The position numbers and the translations under genes are program-made. This document shows, piece after piece, positions 9,515-19,556 of a DNA stretch of 32,000 bases. The number at the start of each line of letters is the position of its first letter. Position 1 is the stretch's first letter. The notes under the pieces were generated by a model that was given only the letters and a program-made list of their open reading frames with translations, did not search any database and was not told the DNA's origin. Source of the DNA: Wolbachia endosymbiont of Litomosoides sigmodontis (GTDB lineage: Bacteria; Pseudomonadota; Alphaproteobacteria; Rickettsiales; Anaplasmataceae); the NCBI RefSeq assembly GCF_013365435.1, contig NZ_CP046577.1, forward strand, positions 720,001 through 752,000, read 5' to 3'.

Positions 9515-10687
9515 CTACCTATCAATCTCTCCGAAAACTATATCAAGTGAACCAATAATTGCTGCAACATCAGCAAGCATATGTCCTTTTGCCATAAAAT
9601 CTAGGGCTTGCAAATGTGCAAAGCCAGGTGCTCTTATTCTGCATCTATATGGTCTATTAGTGCCATCTGAAACTATATATACTCCAAACTCACCTTTTGG
9701 TGCCTCAATAGCTACATAAGCTTCACCTTCTGGTACATGATACCCCTCTGAATAAAGTTTAAAATGGTGGATCAGAGCTTCCATAGATCTTTTCATCTCA
9801 GTTCTTGGTGGTGGAGAAATCTTTCTATTCTCAGTTTTTACTGGCCCTTTAGGCATTTTCTCTATGCACTGCTTTACCAAACTAATAGATTGTCTAATCT
9901 CTTCCATCCTTACTAGATAACGGTTATAACAATCACCATTTTGACCAATAGGTATATCGAAATCTAATTGATCGTATATTTCATATGGTTGACTTTTTCG
10001 TAGATCCCAAGCAAGCCCAGTAGCACGCAGCATTGGTCCACTAAAGCCCCAGTCAAGTGCCTGTTTAATTGATATTTCACTAATTCCTACGGTGCGTTGC
10101 TTCCATATTCTATTTTCCGTTAAAAGTTCATCTACGTCATCTATATACTTTGGAAAGTGCTCTATAAATTCTGCAATATCCTCAATTAAACCCTCTGGAA
10201 CATCTGCCGCAACTCCACCTGGCCTGATGTAAGCTGCATGAAACCTTGCACCTGAAGCTCTTTCATAAAATTCTAATATTTTTTCTCTCTCCTCAAAAAG
10301 CCATAAAAGAGGAGTCATTGCACCGACATCAAGTGCTTGAGAAGAGATATTAAGCAGATGATTCAGTATCCTTGTCAGTTCACAAAACAAAACACGCAAA
10401 TACTTTGCCCTAATTGGAACTTTACATTGCAGCAACTTCTCCACGCATAGTGAATACGCATGCTCTTGTGACATTGGTGATACATAGTCAAGGCGATCAA
10501 AATAAGGTAAAGCTTGAAGATAAGTTTTATGTTCTATTAGTTTTTCAGTACCACGATGCAAAAGCCCAATATGAGGATCAGCCCTTTCAATTATTTCGCC
10601 ATCCATTTCCAAAACAAGACGCAATACCCCATGTGCAGCTGGATGCTGAGGTCCAAAATTTAACATCATTGTCTTTAGATCTGGCAT
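9515..10687 (-). CDS. nuoD: NADH-quinone oxidoreductase subunit D (390 aa)
   Basis: '[22 protein letters not shown]', '[12 protein letters not shown]' and the C-terminal 'DIVFGEIDR' are canonical NuoD/49-kDa subunit signatures. Confidence 0.97.
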   Translation of the reverse strand: MPDLKTMMLNFGPQHPAAHGVLRLVLEMDGEIIERADPHIGLLHRGTEKLIEHKTYLQALPYFDRLDYVSPMSQEHAYSLCVEKLLQCKVPIRAKYLRVLFCELTRILNHLLNISSQALDVGAMTPLLWLFEEREKILEFYERASGARFHAAYIRPGGVAADVPEGLIEDIAEFIEHFPKYIDDVDELLTENRIWKQRTVGISEISIKQALDWGFSGPMLRATGLAWDLRKSQPYEIYDQLDFDIPIGQNGDCYNRYLVRMEEIRQSISLVKQCIEKMPKGPVKTENRKISPPPRTEMKRSMEALIHHFKLYSEGYHVPEGEAYVAIEAPKGEFGVYIVSDGTNRPYRCRIRAPGFAHLQALDFMAKGHMLADVAAIIGSLDIVFGEIDR

Positions 10688-11338
10688 ATTAATAATTCAA
10701 GATACCAGAGTTGTACAGACTAAAGTGTAGAAAGTCAATAAGGACCCCTTCTCTCATAACAAGTCAGTTCTTGACAGTGCGTTAGGCATTTTACTGTTTT
10801 TCAATAAAAATTACTTAACAAATCTCACCAGCACTCTTGACTATAGCCTGAAGGTATTCAGTTACCTTAATCTGTACAAATTAAATGAAAAATATCACGT
10901 AGTTGGCATTTTATGTTTAATTTTTTGCACTATGTACATCTTATGTCTCCGCAATGTTTTGAGATTTTTCCCATATAAACTGAAACAAGCTTATAAAGCA
11001 TTTAAGACAATAAAATATACTAATTTCATAATTTAAAGAATGAGCAATTTCTATCACATGGCATCTTGTACCTTTCTTTCCTCCTAATAAATTTCATAAA
11101 TATTTTAACTAAAGGTTGATTTTGTCAAAAAGCAGCTGAATCACGATTATTAAGTGCTTAAAACATAAAAAACGCCAATGCTTTTAAATAGGTAAACGAA
11201 AATGGTGTCACTTCAGCGTTAAGTGCTGGAATGGCTTTTTGCACAACATCAGAAAATATGGTAATTATCGACAAAATTCATTATGAAATGCCTGCTTACC
11301 CAGCTAAGAAAAAGCATACCAGTAAAAATAAAATTATA

Positions 11339-11736
11339 CCAATTCCTACTGTACAGGAAATAAATAGACAATAATAGAAAGAAATTACACTTAAGCAGAT
11401 AAAATAGCGAGATTTAAGTAGTATTAAACCTAAAATTATTGGATGAAAAAGTTGTGGAATCAACAAAAGAAATTCTGAAGAAAGTATGAAATAATTCTTA
11501 TGTTGGAAAAAATTAAATGCTGTAACTGCAGTAAAAAGGCACAGTATAGCATAACAAAAATATGTCGATTTCAAGAACAAGTATTGACTACATGGATAAA
11601 GTACTCAAAACTCGAAGAGAAAAAAATTATTTACTCCTCCTCAACTTCATAAAAAAAACTAGATTAAATCAAAGTCAATTCTGAATAAGTTGAAGTATGG
11701 ATACAAGAAAATTCTAATATTACATTAAAGAAATGA
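11339..11736 (+). mobile_element. Left part of a degenerate, internally deleted IS630-family copy ('X'), split by a nested insertion
   Basis: It starts with the terminal repeat 'ccaattcctact' after TA (11337-38). It aligns with 16541-16885, 21853-22040 and 22971-23165 (transposase N-terminal remnant, many stops). It stops at 'aaagaaatga' and is followed by TA (11737-38). Confidence 0.6.
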
Positions 11737-11738
11737 TA

Positions 11739-12754
11739 CCTGTTCTCATTATTAATAGGTTAAATGAGGATATTATAAAGTTGTTTAATTGCGGAGTGAA
11801 AAAGAGAAGTAATAAATTTGCACAAAGCGCTTTCAAGCAAAGCAATTGTATTATAGACTTATTACGCAAAATATTCTATTTTATATAGAACAAAAGTCTC
11901 TCAATAAGATTGGAGCTCAGGTGAGTATGGTGGTAGGTACGTAATCTCGATATTTTTGGTACGTTTAAATTTTTTGACTTATATTAACTAGCACGATCTA
12001 CGACAAGAAAGGCCTTGTGATATTTGTTCAAGAAATATATTCATGTAATCATTGTTAACATTCTAGTACAAATAAGCTAGAACTCTCTCCATTTCTAAGA
12101 TTAACTACACTGAGAGATAAAATTTTTGTCTACCTAATTTTACTTTAATCTGCATTTTAACGCCCTTTTTAAATCACCTATATCCAACTTTTGAATGTGT
12201 ACCAAACCTCGATTCGTCAAAAAAAAGCAGCTTCTTTTCAGGATATTTATCAATAATTTCGTTAAGTTTTTTTTAATTTTTCCTATCTACCTTTATCTTG
12301 TTCATCGTAAATTAGTCTTGGTGTAGTATACAAAAACTTCATTTTTGCATATTTAAGGTATACTGTAATACTTACTAATATTTAAGCTAAATTTTTCACG
12401 GATCCTTATGCTCATTTCTTTAAAGGTAAAGTTAGCGTTTTCTTATATTCATACTTTAACTTGCTCAAGTTAACCTAGATTCAATCTAATTTTTTTATGA
12501 AGTTGATGAAAAGTAAATGATTTTTCTTCTCTTCCAAATTTTAGGTGCTTTATCCATGTAATCAATACTTATTCTTGAAATAAAAATACTTTTGCTATGC
12601 TTTACTATGTCTTTTTACTTGCAATTACAGCATTTAATTTTTTCAACTAATTTTGATGTCAACGCCTCATTTAAACCTCGCCATTTTACTCATTTTCAGC
12701 AAAGCTTCTTTTCCCTTACTACACCTATACGTTCCTTATACAGTGATAATTGAT
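11739..12754 (-). mobile_element. Near-full-length (~1.0 kb) but dead IS630/Tc1-mariner-family element ('A'), nested in copy X and flanked by TA/TA
   Basis: The minus-strand translation gives an HTH-region remnant ('...FTFKEMSIRIREKFSLNISK...'). It continues 'MNKIKVDRKN*KKLNEIIDKYPEKKLLFFDESRFGTHSKVGY', 'MNIFLEQISQ' and 'YLPPYSPEL' (IS630 DDE-region signatures), with many stops and frameshifts. TA lies at 11737-38 and 12755-56. Confidence 0.7.
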
Positions 12755-12756
12755 TA

Positions 12757-13280
12757 TAAGTATCCTAAACAAGAGTTATTGTTTTTGATGAATCTCTCAA
12801 CTTGGCATACATTCGAAAGTTAGATCATGGTAGCTTAAAAGGACATTAAAACACAGACTAAAGCAAGTTAGGTAGACAAAATTTTTATCTCTACAGTATA
12901 GTTAATCTTAGAAATGGAGAGAGTTCTAGCTTATTTGTACTAGAATGTTAACAATGATTATATGAATATATTTCTTGAACAAATATCACAAGAGGCCTTT
13001 CTTATCGTAGATCGTGCTAGTTAATATAAGTCAAAAAATTTAAACGTACCAAAAATATCGAGATTACGTACCTACCACCATACTCACCTGAGCTCCAATC
13101 TTATTGAAAGACTTTTGTTCTATATAAAATAGAATATTTTGCGTAATAAGTCTATAATACAATTGCTTTGCTTGAAAGCGCTTTGTGCAAATTTATTACT
13201 TCTCTTTTTCACTCCGCAATTAAACAATTTTACAATATCACTCATTTAACCCATTAATAATGAGAATGAGTATAAGATGA
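12757..13280 (+). mobile_element. Right part of copy X (DDE-region and C-terminal remnant plus terminal repeat)
   Basis: The + strand reads 'LLFLMNLSTWHTFES', '...MNIFLEQISQEAFLIVDRAS', 'VPKNIEITYLPPYSPEL' and '...ALLESALCKFITSLFTPQLNN'. It ends 'cattaataatgagaatgag' followed by TA (13281-82). Confidence 0.65.
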
Positions 13281-13557
13281 CAATACTTGTTATATTTCCT
13301 AATTAGCACCATTAATACTTGATAGAATTTCTTTAGTGACACGTTGTAACTTAGTCCAGGAGGATTATCTGACCAATTTGGGATCTAGCGCTTTACTCGT
13401 TACAACATGAAATAAGATTATACTATCTTCTCAAACTCTTTATCAAGATTCACTATTATATCAATAATATTGCTACTTTCATTCTAATCTAGACATATAT
13501 TAAAAATTTTTCCACACAAAAATAATCCTGAAAGCCTGAGTAGATGACATGGAAATA

Positions 13558-13577
13558 CACACCACAGCTGTGGTGTG
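13558..13577 (-). terminator. Putative intrinsic terminator hairpin downstream of the OMP gene
   Basis: Perfect 20-nt GC-rich palindrome 'cacaccacagctgtggtgtg', 12 nt after the stop codon (13590-92). On the minus strand it is followed by 'tatttcc', so the U-tract is weak. Confidence 0.45.
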
Positions 13578-13589
13578 CACTAACCCTAA

Positions 13590-15551
13590 TTAGAAAGAAA
13601 ATTTCATACCAGTAAGAAAGAGAACCCCTTGATTAGAAGGCACTATTTCCGAACTATCTTTTTTTGTAATTTTATATCCATCACCTTGCTTTTCATCAGT
13701 TTTAAAATAATGGAAAGATGCATAAGGAACAAATTTTCCCTTACTGCAAGCAGGAGAGAGATCATACTGAATACCAAATGCAACATCGTGAAGCTTATCT
13801 CCATCACTCATCTTACTACCAAAGTACGTCAAGCTTGTATAGAAATTCTCATGTCGATAACCAGCCCCTGTAGTCCAATACATAGTATTTTTATCATCTC
13901 CTTTAAACTGATCTTCGAGCCCTTTCACTCTCTTATCATCATCAGTAACACCTTTACCATCAATTTTTTGATAGGCATTACCAACCAACTTTTCAATACC
14001 CCTTGGTTGACCAGATTTACCTAAATATGCAAAAGAGGTAGCAAATTTTACACCTTGATTCTCATTAATATTGTAGTCAGCACTTATACCTAAATTAACA
14101 CCCATTAGGTTATTGTACTTCACATACTCTCTATAAGCATACTTAGTACTATCAGGTTCTTTTGCTTGACCATATTCACCAACTGCAGCAACTTTAATTT
14201 TTACCTTATGTTTACTAAAATCATACTCATATAATGTACCAGCACTTACTATGTGCTCATAGCCTGGACCAACATGTTTTATATCATCACCATCCTTTAT
14301 AACAAACAAATTACTATTGTAGCGAGGTGAGTAGCTAATACCAAATCTTGCACCTACATAATTTGGCGAGTAGTAAGCGACTCTAAATGGCAATGTAGCC
14401 GCCATAACGTCTTTATAATATTTCCCCGCCATGCGGAAAGAAAGTTTTTCACTTTCGCTTGAGAAACTTTCAGTGTAAAGACGTGGTGTTACATAAAATG
14501 GAAAGCTTGCAGCACTTCCTTCTAAATTCACTTTTCTAAACCAGTCACTATCTGCAGCTCCATCAATAGTTGCAATCCTTGTTGCATCAAGCCTCATCAG
14601 AGCCTCAGGACCAAACTGATAACCAAGTTTTAAGTCACCATACCTCGAACTCAAAAAGACATGTGCACTTCTACCCCTCGCAGCACGAATACCCTGTGAA
14701 GCTCCTTTACCTTCTGTTACCGGAACTTGGAATTGCACATCAGCACCATAAAGAAGACCCTTATCTTCATTTTCATTCTCTGCTCTCAAGTGCAATATCG
14801 CATCTGCAATCATACCCATGTCTTCACTATAATCACCGATATTTCCTATCTCACTAGGAAATATTGGATTTGCTCCTTTTACCTTATCTGAAATACCATC
14901 ATAGTAACCAGTAGATTTGCCTGACATAACATTATAGCGTTTATAATCTTCATCACTTGGCCCAGCTTTGCCATAACCTTGAGCATCAACAACACCACCA
15001 AAAGTTACTTTCAAACCACTTATTCCTTGATTAGTATCGACAACATCAATGCTACTAACCGAGACAACAGGGCTTGTTTTACCTTTTTTCTCTACATTTT
15101 GATTAACAACTTTTACATCTTTCTTTAAATCCTTCTTTATATCTCTAGCTTTCTTAGTTTTTGCACTTCTAGTCTTTGAACTCTCTACATTAGAATTCCT
15201 AGCATTTGAAGATTCTGCTCTCTTTTCATTTGCTAGACTCATCCTCCTTTTTTTCTTTTCAGTTAATTCTTCTTTCTTTTTCTGAGCTGCTAATTTGAGC
15301 TCATCTTTCTTCTTAAGCTCTTCAGCTTTTGTTCTTGGATCAGCATTACATATCCTATGCATTTTCTCTTTTAGCTTTTTGTTTGATGTCTTCATAATTT
15401 CCATTTTCTCGGAAGTTACGGTTGACTCTGTGTTCTCTTGCTTTTTTACTTCCTTCATAACTTCATTAAAAGAGTCAGCAGCAAAACTGTTGAAAGAACA
15501 TAAAGTTAATAAAGAAGCTAGAGCAGTTCTAGTATAAGTAAATTTTTTCAT
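13590..15551 (-). CDS. Outer-membrane beta-barrel (porin-like) protein with a ~140-aa lysine-rich N-terminal extension (653 aa)
   Basis: Sec signal peptide 'MKKFTYTRTALASLLTLCSFNSFA/AD'. Residues ~30-160 are highly basic and low-complexity (KKKDELKLAAQKKKEELTEKKKRR...KTKKARDIKKDLKKDVK). The remainder shows alternating amphipathic beta-strand patterns rich in G/Y and a terminal beta-signal '...GVLFLTGMKFSF' ending in Phe. Confidence 0.8.
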   Translation of the reverse strand: MKKFTYTRTALASLLTLCSFNSFAADSFNEVMKEVKKQENTESTVTSEKMEIMKTSNKKLKEKMHRICNADPRTKAEELKKKDELKLAAQKKKEELTEKKKRRMSLANEKRAESSNARNSNVESSKTRSAKTKKARDIKKDLKKDVKVVNQNVEKKGKTSPVVSVSSIDVVDTNQGISGLKVTFGGVVDAQGYGKAGPSDEDYKRYNVMSGKSTGYYDGISDKVKGANPIFPSEIGNIGDYSEDMGMIADAILHLRAENENEDKGLLYGADVQFQVPVTEGKGASQGIRAARGRSAHVFLSSRYGDLKLGYQFGPEALMRLDATRIATIDGAADSDWFRKVNLEGSAASFPFYVTPRLYTESFSSESEKLSFRMAGKYYKDVMAATLPFRVAYYSPNYVGARFGISYSPRYNSNLFVIKDGDDIKHVGPGYEHIVSAGTLYEYDFSKHKVKIKVAAVGEYGQAKEPDSTKYAYREYVKYNNLMGVNLGISADYNINENQGVKFATSFAYLGKSGQPRGIEKLVGNAYQKIDGKGVTDDDKRVKGLEDQFKGDDKNTMYWTTGAGYRHENFYTSLTYFGSKMSDGDKLHDVAFGIQYDLSPACSKGKFVPYASFHYFKTDEKQGDGYKITKKDSSEIVPSNQGVLFLTGMKFSF

Positions 15552-15673
15552 GAAGTGCCCCCAAAAAATTTCAAAATCATTATCTTAAACATAAATAATA
15601 CAAAAATGTTGAAAATTCAACTTAAACCAACCTTATAGTTAAAACAAGAACAAAATGCAATACCTCAAAAACA

Positions 15674-15701
15674 ATTTTAATATCTTTAACATGCACGTCA
15701 A
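15674..15701 (-). promoter_or_regulatory. Possible sigma70-type promoter for the OMP gene
   Basis: Minus strand: TTGACG (15701-15696), a 16-nt spacer, then TAAAAT (15679-15674), ~120 nt upstream of the ATG. A 'GGGGG' SD-like run lies ~7 nt before the ATG. Such motifs occur by chance in AT-rich DNA. Confidence 0.2.
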
Positions 15702-16092
15702 CTAAAATTTAGCACAGAGGTTTTTCATTTGTTACCCATGTAATAACCCTAATATTCACTCTATGGAAATAAAATTTTTCTACAATTAGACAATAAAATA
15801 TCTTATTACTTGCTAAAATATTAGCAATAATTATCGACAACAATACCAATTTGTAGTATAATTAAGTAATATTGTTTAATTTAAAATATATGGATTTTCG
15901 TTTCTCACGCAATTAATTTAGCACTACAGGCAGTATAAATTCAAAAAATAACGATTGGATTACAGAATCTATGATAGAAGATAACGATGAATTTAAAGTT
16001 ATTGATAAATTTATAAATCACTATATTAAATAGCTTATTCTTCAATAGCACATATGGGGAATGAAGTATACTCTTTACCTTATTTTCTTATA

Positions 16093-16535
16093 CCAATTCT
16101 CATTGGTTATGGATCAAATAAATGACATTACAGAGTTGTTCAATTGCAAAGCAAGAATATATGAGATAACAAATCTATACAAAACGCTCTTAAGAAAAGT
16201 AATTGTATTATAGACTTTGTTACGAAAATGTTCTATTTTACATATAATTAAAGCCTCTCAATAAGATTGAGCTTAGATGAGTATAGTGGTAGATATATAA
16301 TATTGATATTTTTAGGTACCTTAAAATTTTTTGACTTATACCAACTAGTACAATCTATAATTAAGAAAAGCATCTCATATTCTTAAGTATTGCAACATTT
16401 ATTCAAGAAATATATTCACACAATCAGTGGTGATATTCGATACAAATAAGCTATAACTCTCTTTATTTTTAGGATTAATTGCGCTGTAAAGATAAAAACT
16501 TTTTCTACTAATTTTACTTTAACCTGTGTTTTAGT
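16093..16535 (-). mobile_element. IS630-family 3' half remnant ('Z': DDE/C-terminal region plus terminal repeat)
   Basis: It starts after TA (16091-92) with 'ccaattctcattgg'. It is the reverse complement of the DDE-region sequence seen at 16983-17254 and is homologous to 11739-12238. Confidence 0.6.
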
Positions 16536-17254
16536 ACTAGTTCCTACTTTACAAAGAACAGATGGACAACAATGGAAAAGAAGCCATGTTGAAGTAAGTA
16601 AAATAGCTAGGTTCAAATGGTATTAAAATATCGGATGAAAAAGTTATGTAATCAGCAAAGGAAACGCTAAAGAAAGTCCAAAATAACACATATGTGCAAA
16701 AAAACTAAATGCTGTAATTATAATAAAAAAGCACAATATAACTGCAGTAGCAAAAATATGTTCTATTTCAAAAAGAGCATTGACTATTCTTCAACTTTGT
16801 AGAAAAACTAAATTGAATCAGAGCATATTTAAATAAGTTGAAATATGAATACAAAAAAAACCAATATTATCACTAAAGAAATGAGAATAAGAATCTAAGA
16901 GAAATAGAGTTATTTTTCTTTGATGAATCGCGGTTTAGTACACATTTGAAAGTTGGATACGGGCGATTTTAAAAGGGTGCCAAAACACAGATTAAAGTAA
17001 AGTTAGTAGAAAAATTTTTATCTTTACAGTGCAATTAATTCTAAAAATAAAGAGAGTTACAGCTTATTTGTATCGAATATCACCATTGATTGTATGAATA
17101 TATTTCTTGAACAAATGTTGCAATACTTAAGAATATGAGATGCCTTTCTTAATTATAGATTGTACTAGTTGGTATAAGTCAAAAAATTTTAAGGTACCTA
17201 AAAATATCAATATTATATATCTACCACTATACTCATCTGAGCTCAATCTTATTG
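16259..17254. repeat. Second large inverted repeat: arms 16259-16532 and 16983-17254 (~270 bp, near-identical by eye) with a ~450-bp spacer
   Basis: Direct comparison of the left arm with the reverse complement of the right arm shows only scattered single-base differences. Confidence 0.8.
16541..17254 (+). mobile_element. Internally deleted, 3'-truncated dead IS630-family copy ('Y')
   Basis: The N-terminal remnant is joined directly ('cactaaagaaatgag|aataagaatc') to the DDE region. That region reads 'FSLMNRGLVHI*KLDTG', 'MNIFLEQMLQ' and 'YISTTILI*AQSY' in one frame ('FFDESRFSTH..' after frame correction). Similarity ends at ~17254, 12 nt before the obg stop codon. Confidence 0.6.
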
Positions 17255-17265
17255 TAAGATAGAAT

Positions 17266-18288
17266 TCATCTCCTAAAAGGATCATATACACCCATTTCCC
17301 TAGGACTTCCCCTTTTTAATTTTTCATTTAATAATCTTAGAATTGGCTGTAAATCTTCACTAATTGATAAGCACAGCACCTCTTTATTAAGATAATCAGC
17401 TAGATGATTCTTTTTTTCAAAAATTTCTACTTCCCTTAACAAATCGCATTTGTTTAACATTACAATTTCTTCTTTTTTAACAAGATCACTATTGTAAAGT
17501 TCTAGTTCATTGCGCGTACAATTATAAGCTGAAATGACATTATCGTGAGTTATATCAATCAAATGCAATAAGATTTTGCACCTTTCTACGTGTTTCAAAA
17601 ATTTATGCCCAAGTCCAACTCCAAGGTGAGCATCAGTAATTATTCCAGGAATGTCTACTATTATAACTTCACTATTATCCACTTTTGCTACACCTAAATG
17701 AGGCTTAATGGTGGTAAACGGATAGTCTCCTACCTTTGTATCTGCATTTGAACAGCGAGTTAAAAATTTAGATTTACCTGCATTTGGCATACCAATAATA
17801 CCAACATCAGATAAAACTTTGAGCTTTAATACTACACATTTTTCTTCACCAGACTGACCATAAGTAAAACGCTTTGGTACCTTATTAATAGAAGACTTAA
17901 AATTAGCATTACCAAGTCCACCTTTTCCACCTTGCACTATTAAAAACTCCATATCAGGCTTATTAAAATCTACTATTACCTTTTCACTTTCTTCATCGAT
18001 CATTTGTGTGCCAACTGGCACTTTAAGTACAACATTTTTCCCTGCTGTGCCAGATCTATCTCTACTCGCACCACTTTTTCCATTACCTGCTTTAATGTTT
18101 TTCCTATAACGAAAATTAAGTAAAGTGTTAAGATTTGCATTACTAACAAAAATTATGCTTCCACCATTTCCTCCATTACCACCATCTGGACCACCAAATT
18201 CAACAAATTTTTCTCGACGAAAACTTACATAACCATCGCCACCATTACCCGCTTTTAAATATAATTTAACCTCGTCTACAAAGACCAT
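17266..18288 (-). CDS. obg: GTPase Obg/CgtA (340 aa)
   Basis: Obg-fold glycine-rich N-domain '[44 protein letters not shown]'. G-domain motifs are present: 'GMPNAGKS', 'DIPG' and 'NKCD'. Confidence 0.95.
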   Translation of the reverse strand: MVFVDEVKLYLKAGNGGDGYVSFRREKFVEFGGPDGGNGGNGGSIIFVSNANLNTLLNFRYRKNIKAGNGKSGASRDRSGTAGKNVVLKVPVGTQMIDEESEKVIVDFNKPDMEFLIVQGGKGGLGNANFKSSINKVPKRFTYGQSGEEKCVVLKLKVLSDVGIIGMPNAGKSKFLTRCSNADTKVGDYPFTTIKPHLGVAKVDNSEVIIVDIPGIITDAHLGVGLGHKFLKHVERCKILLHLIDITHDNVISAYNCTRNELELYNSDLVKKEEIVMLNKCDLLREVEIFEKKNHLADYLNKEVLCLSISEDLQPILRLLNEKLKRGSPREMGVYDPFRR

Positions 18289-19555
18289 GTACTAACTCGC
18301 GATAATATTTAGCATTTTTTCCTAATGCACCCTCTATTCTCATTAGCTCATTATACTTTGCAAGTCTATCAGAACGTGATAGAGAACCAGTCTTTATTTG
18401 CCCACAATTTGACGCAATTGCTATATGAGATATTGTTGTGTCTTCTGTTTCACCTGAGCGATGAGAAATAACAGCTTTATAGCCACCTAATCTTGCCATT
18501 CTAATAGCAGCAAAAGTTTCTGTTAACGTTCCTATTTGATTGGGTTTGATTAGTACAGCATTTGCCATTTTTTCCTCTATTCCTTTACGTATTAGCTCAC
18601 AATTTGTAACGAATAAATCATCTCCGATCAATTGGACTTTATTTCCCAGCTTTGCAGTAAGCAACTTCCAACCCTCATAATCGTCCTCACTCATCGCATC
18701 TTCCATGGAAGCTATCGGATATTTTCTTATAAGGTCATAATAGTATTCAACCAGCTTCTCTGAAGGAAGCTCCTTATTTGCAAATTTGTAAATTCTATTT
18801 TTATAAAAAGCAGATGAAGCAATATCAAGCCCCAGTGCAAAATGGCTCTGTGTTGAATAACTAGCAGATTCTATAGCTTGTATGATTAAGTCAAGTGCTT
18901 CCTCAGTACTTTCAATGTTAGATGCAAAACCACCTTCATCTCCTATATTTGTGCTATAACCTTTCTTTCTAAGAATATCACGCAAATTATGAAATACCTC
19001 TGCAGACATTCTGATCGCTTCACTAAAAGCCTCAGCTCCAATAGGGAGAATCATAAATTCTTGAAAATCTAGTTTATTATCTGCATGAACTCCACCATTA
19101 ATTATGTTAATCAGCGGAAACGGCATAACACTTGCCTGCTCTCCTCCCAAATATCTATATAACGGCATCTTGAAACTGTTTGCTGCCGCTTTTGCAGATG
19201 CAAAAGACACTCCTAAAGTTGCATTCGCTCCAAGCTTAGACTTATTTCTTGTCCCATCTAACTCGATTAACGTTTCATCAATTGAACTTTGATCTGCTGC
19301 ATCCATTCCAATAATCGCATCTGCTATCACTTCATTGACTGCCTGAACAGCCTTCAGCACTCCCTTACCACAATACCTTTTTTCGTCCTGATCCCTCAAT
19401 TCCAAAGCTTCTAATTTGCCAGTTGAAGCCCCAGAAGGTACAGATGCCCTACCTATTGCTCCATCACGGAGCTCAATTTCCACCTCAATAGTGGGGTAAC
19501 CCCTGCTGTCTAAAATTTCTCTTGCAAATACATTATTAATTATTCTTTTTATCAT
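18266..19555 (-). CDS. eno: Enolase (429 aa)
   Basis: '[16 protein letters not shown]', 'PSGASTG' and '[16 protein letters not shown]' are canonical enolase motifs. The 3' end overlaps the obg start by 23 nt. Confidence 0.97.
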   Translation of the reverse strand: MIKRIINNVFAREILDSRGYPTIEVEIELRDGAIGRASVPSGASTGKLEALELRDQDEKRYCGKGVLKAVQAVNEVIADAIIGMDAADQSSIDETLIELDGTRNKSKLGANATLGVSFASAKAAANSFKMPLYRYLGGEQASVMPFPLINIINGGVHADNKLDFQEFMILPIGAEAFSEAIRMSAEVFHNLRDILRKKGYSTNIGDEGGFASNIESTEEALDLIIQAIESASYSTQSHFALGLDIASSAFYKNRIYKFANKELPSEKLVEYYYDLIRKYPIASMEDAMSEDDYEGWKLLTAKLGNKVQLIGDDLFVTNCELIRKGIEEKMANAVLIKPNQIGTLTETFAAIRMARLGGYKAVISHRSGETEDTTISHIAIASNCGQIKTGSLSRSDRLAKYNELMRIEGALGKNAKYYRELVHGLCRRG

Positions 19556-19556
19556 A

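Larger units (their letters stand above)
11739..13280. repeat. Large inverted repeat. Outer arms are ~11739-12136 and ~12868-13280 (~0.4 kb, only a handful of mismatches by eye). Similarity continues inward at much lower identity to ~12238/12775
   Basis: I compared the left arm directly with the reverse complement of the right arm. Both arms carry the same frameshifting 'gagctccaatcttattga' lesion in the PELNPIE codons. Confidence 0.8.

Noticed and set aside
10688-11338. ~650-bp non-coding stretch upstream of nuoD, scanned for ncRNA or pseudogene signals.
   Set aside because: I could recognise no ORF remnants, repeats or structured-RNA hallmarks by eye. I left it unannotated.
11296-11580. 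Hydrophobic small ORFs that look like membrane peptides: 11296..11580 (94 aa), 16416..16616 (66 aa), 22969..23292 (107 aa) and 168..419 (83 aa).
   Set aside because: All lie antisense to K/N/E-rich IS630 transposase N-terminal remnants, whose reverse complement reads as F/L/I-rich. They are repeated because the IS is repeated. Their lengths and ends differ between copies, which argues against selection.
11339-17254. Repeated ~0.3-0.5 kb blocks, considered as a possible CRISPR-like or tandem array.
   Set aside because: The repeats are long, inverted as well as direct, and irregularly spaced. They translate to IS630 transposase remnants. There are no short regular repeat-spacer units anywhere in the window.
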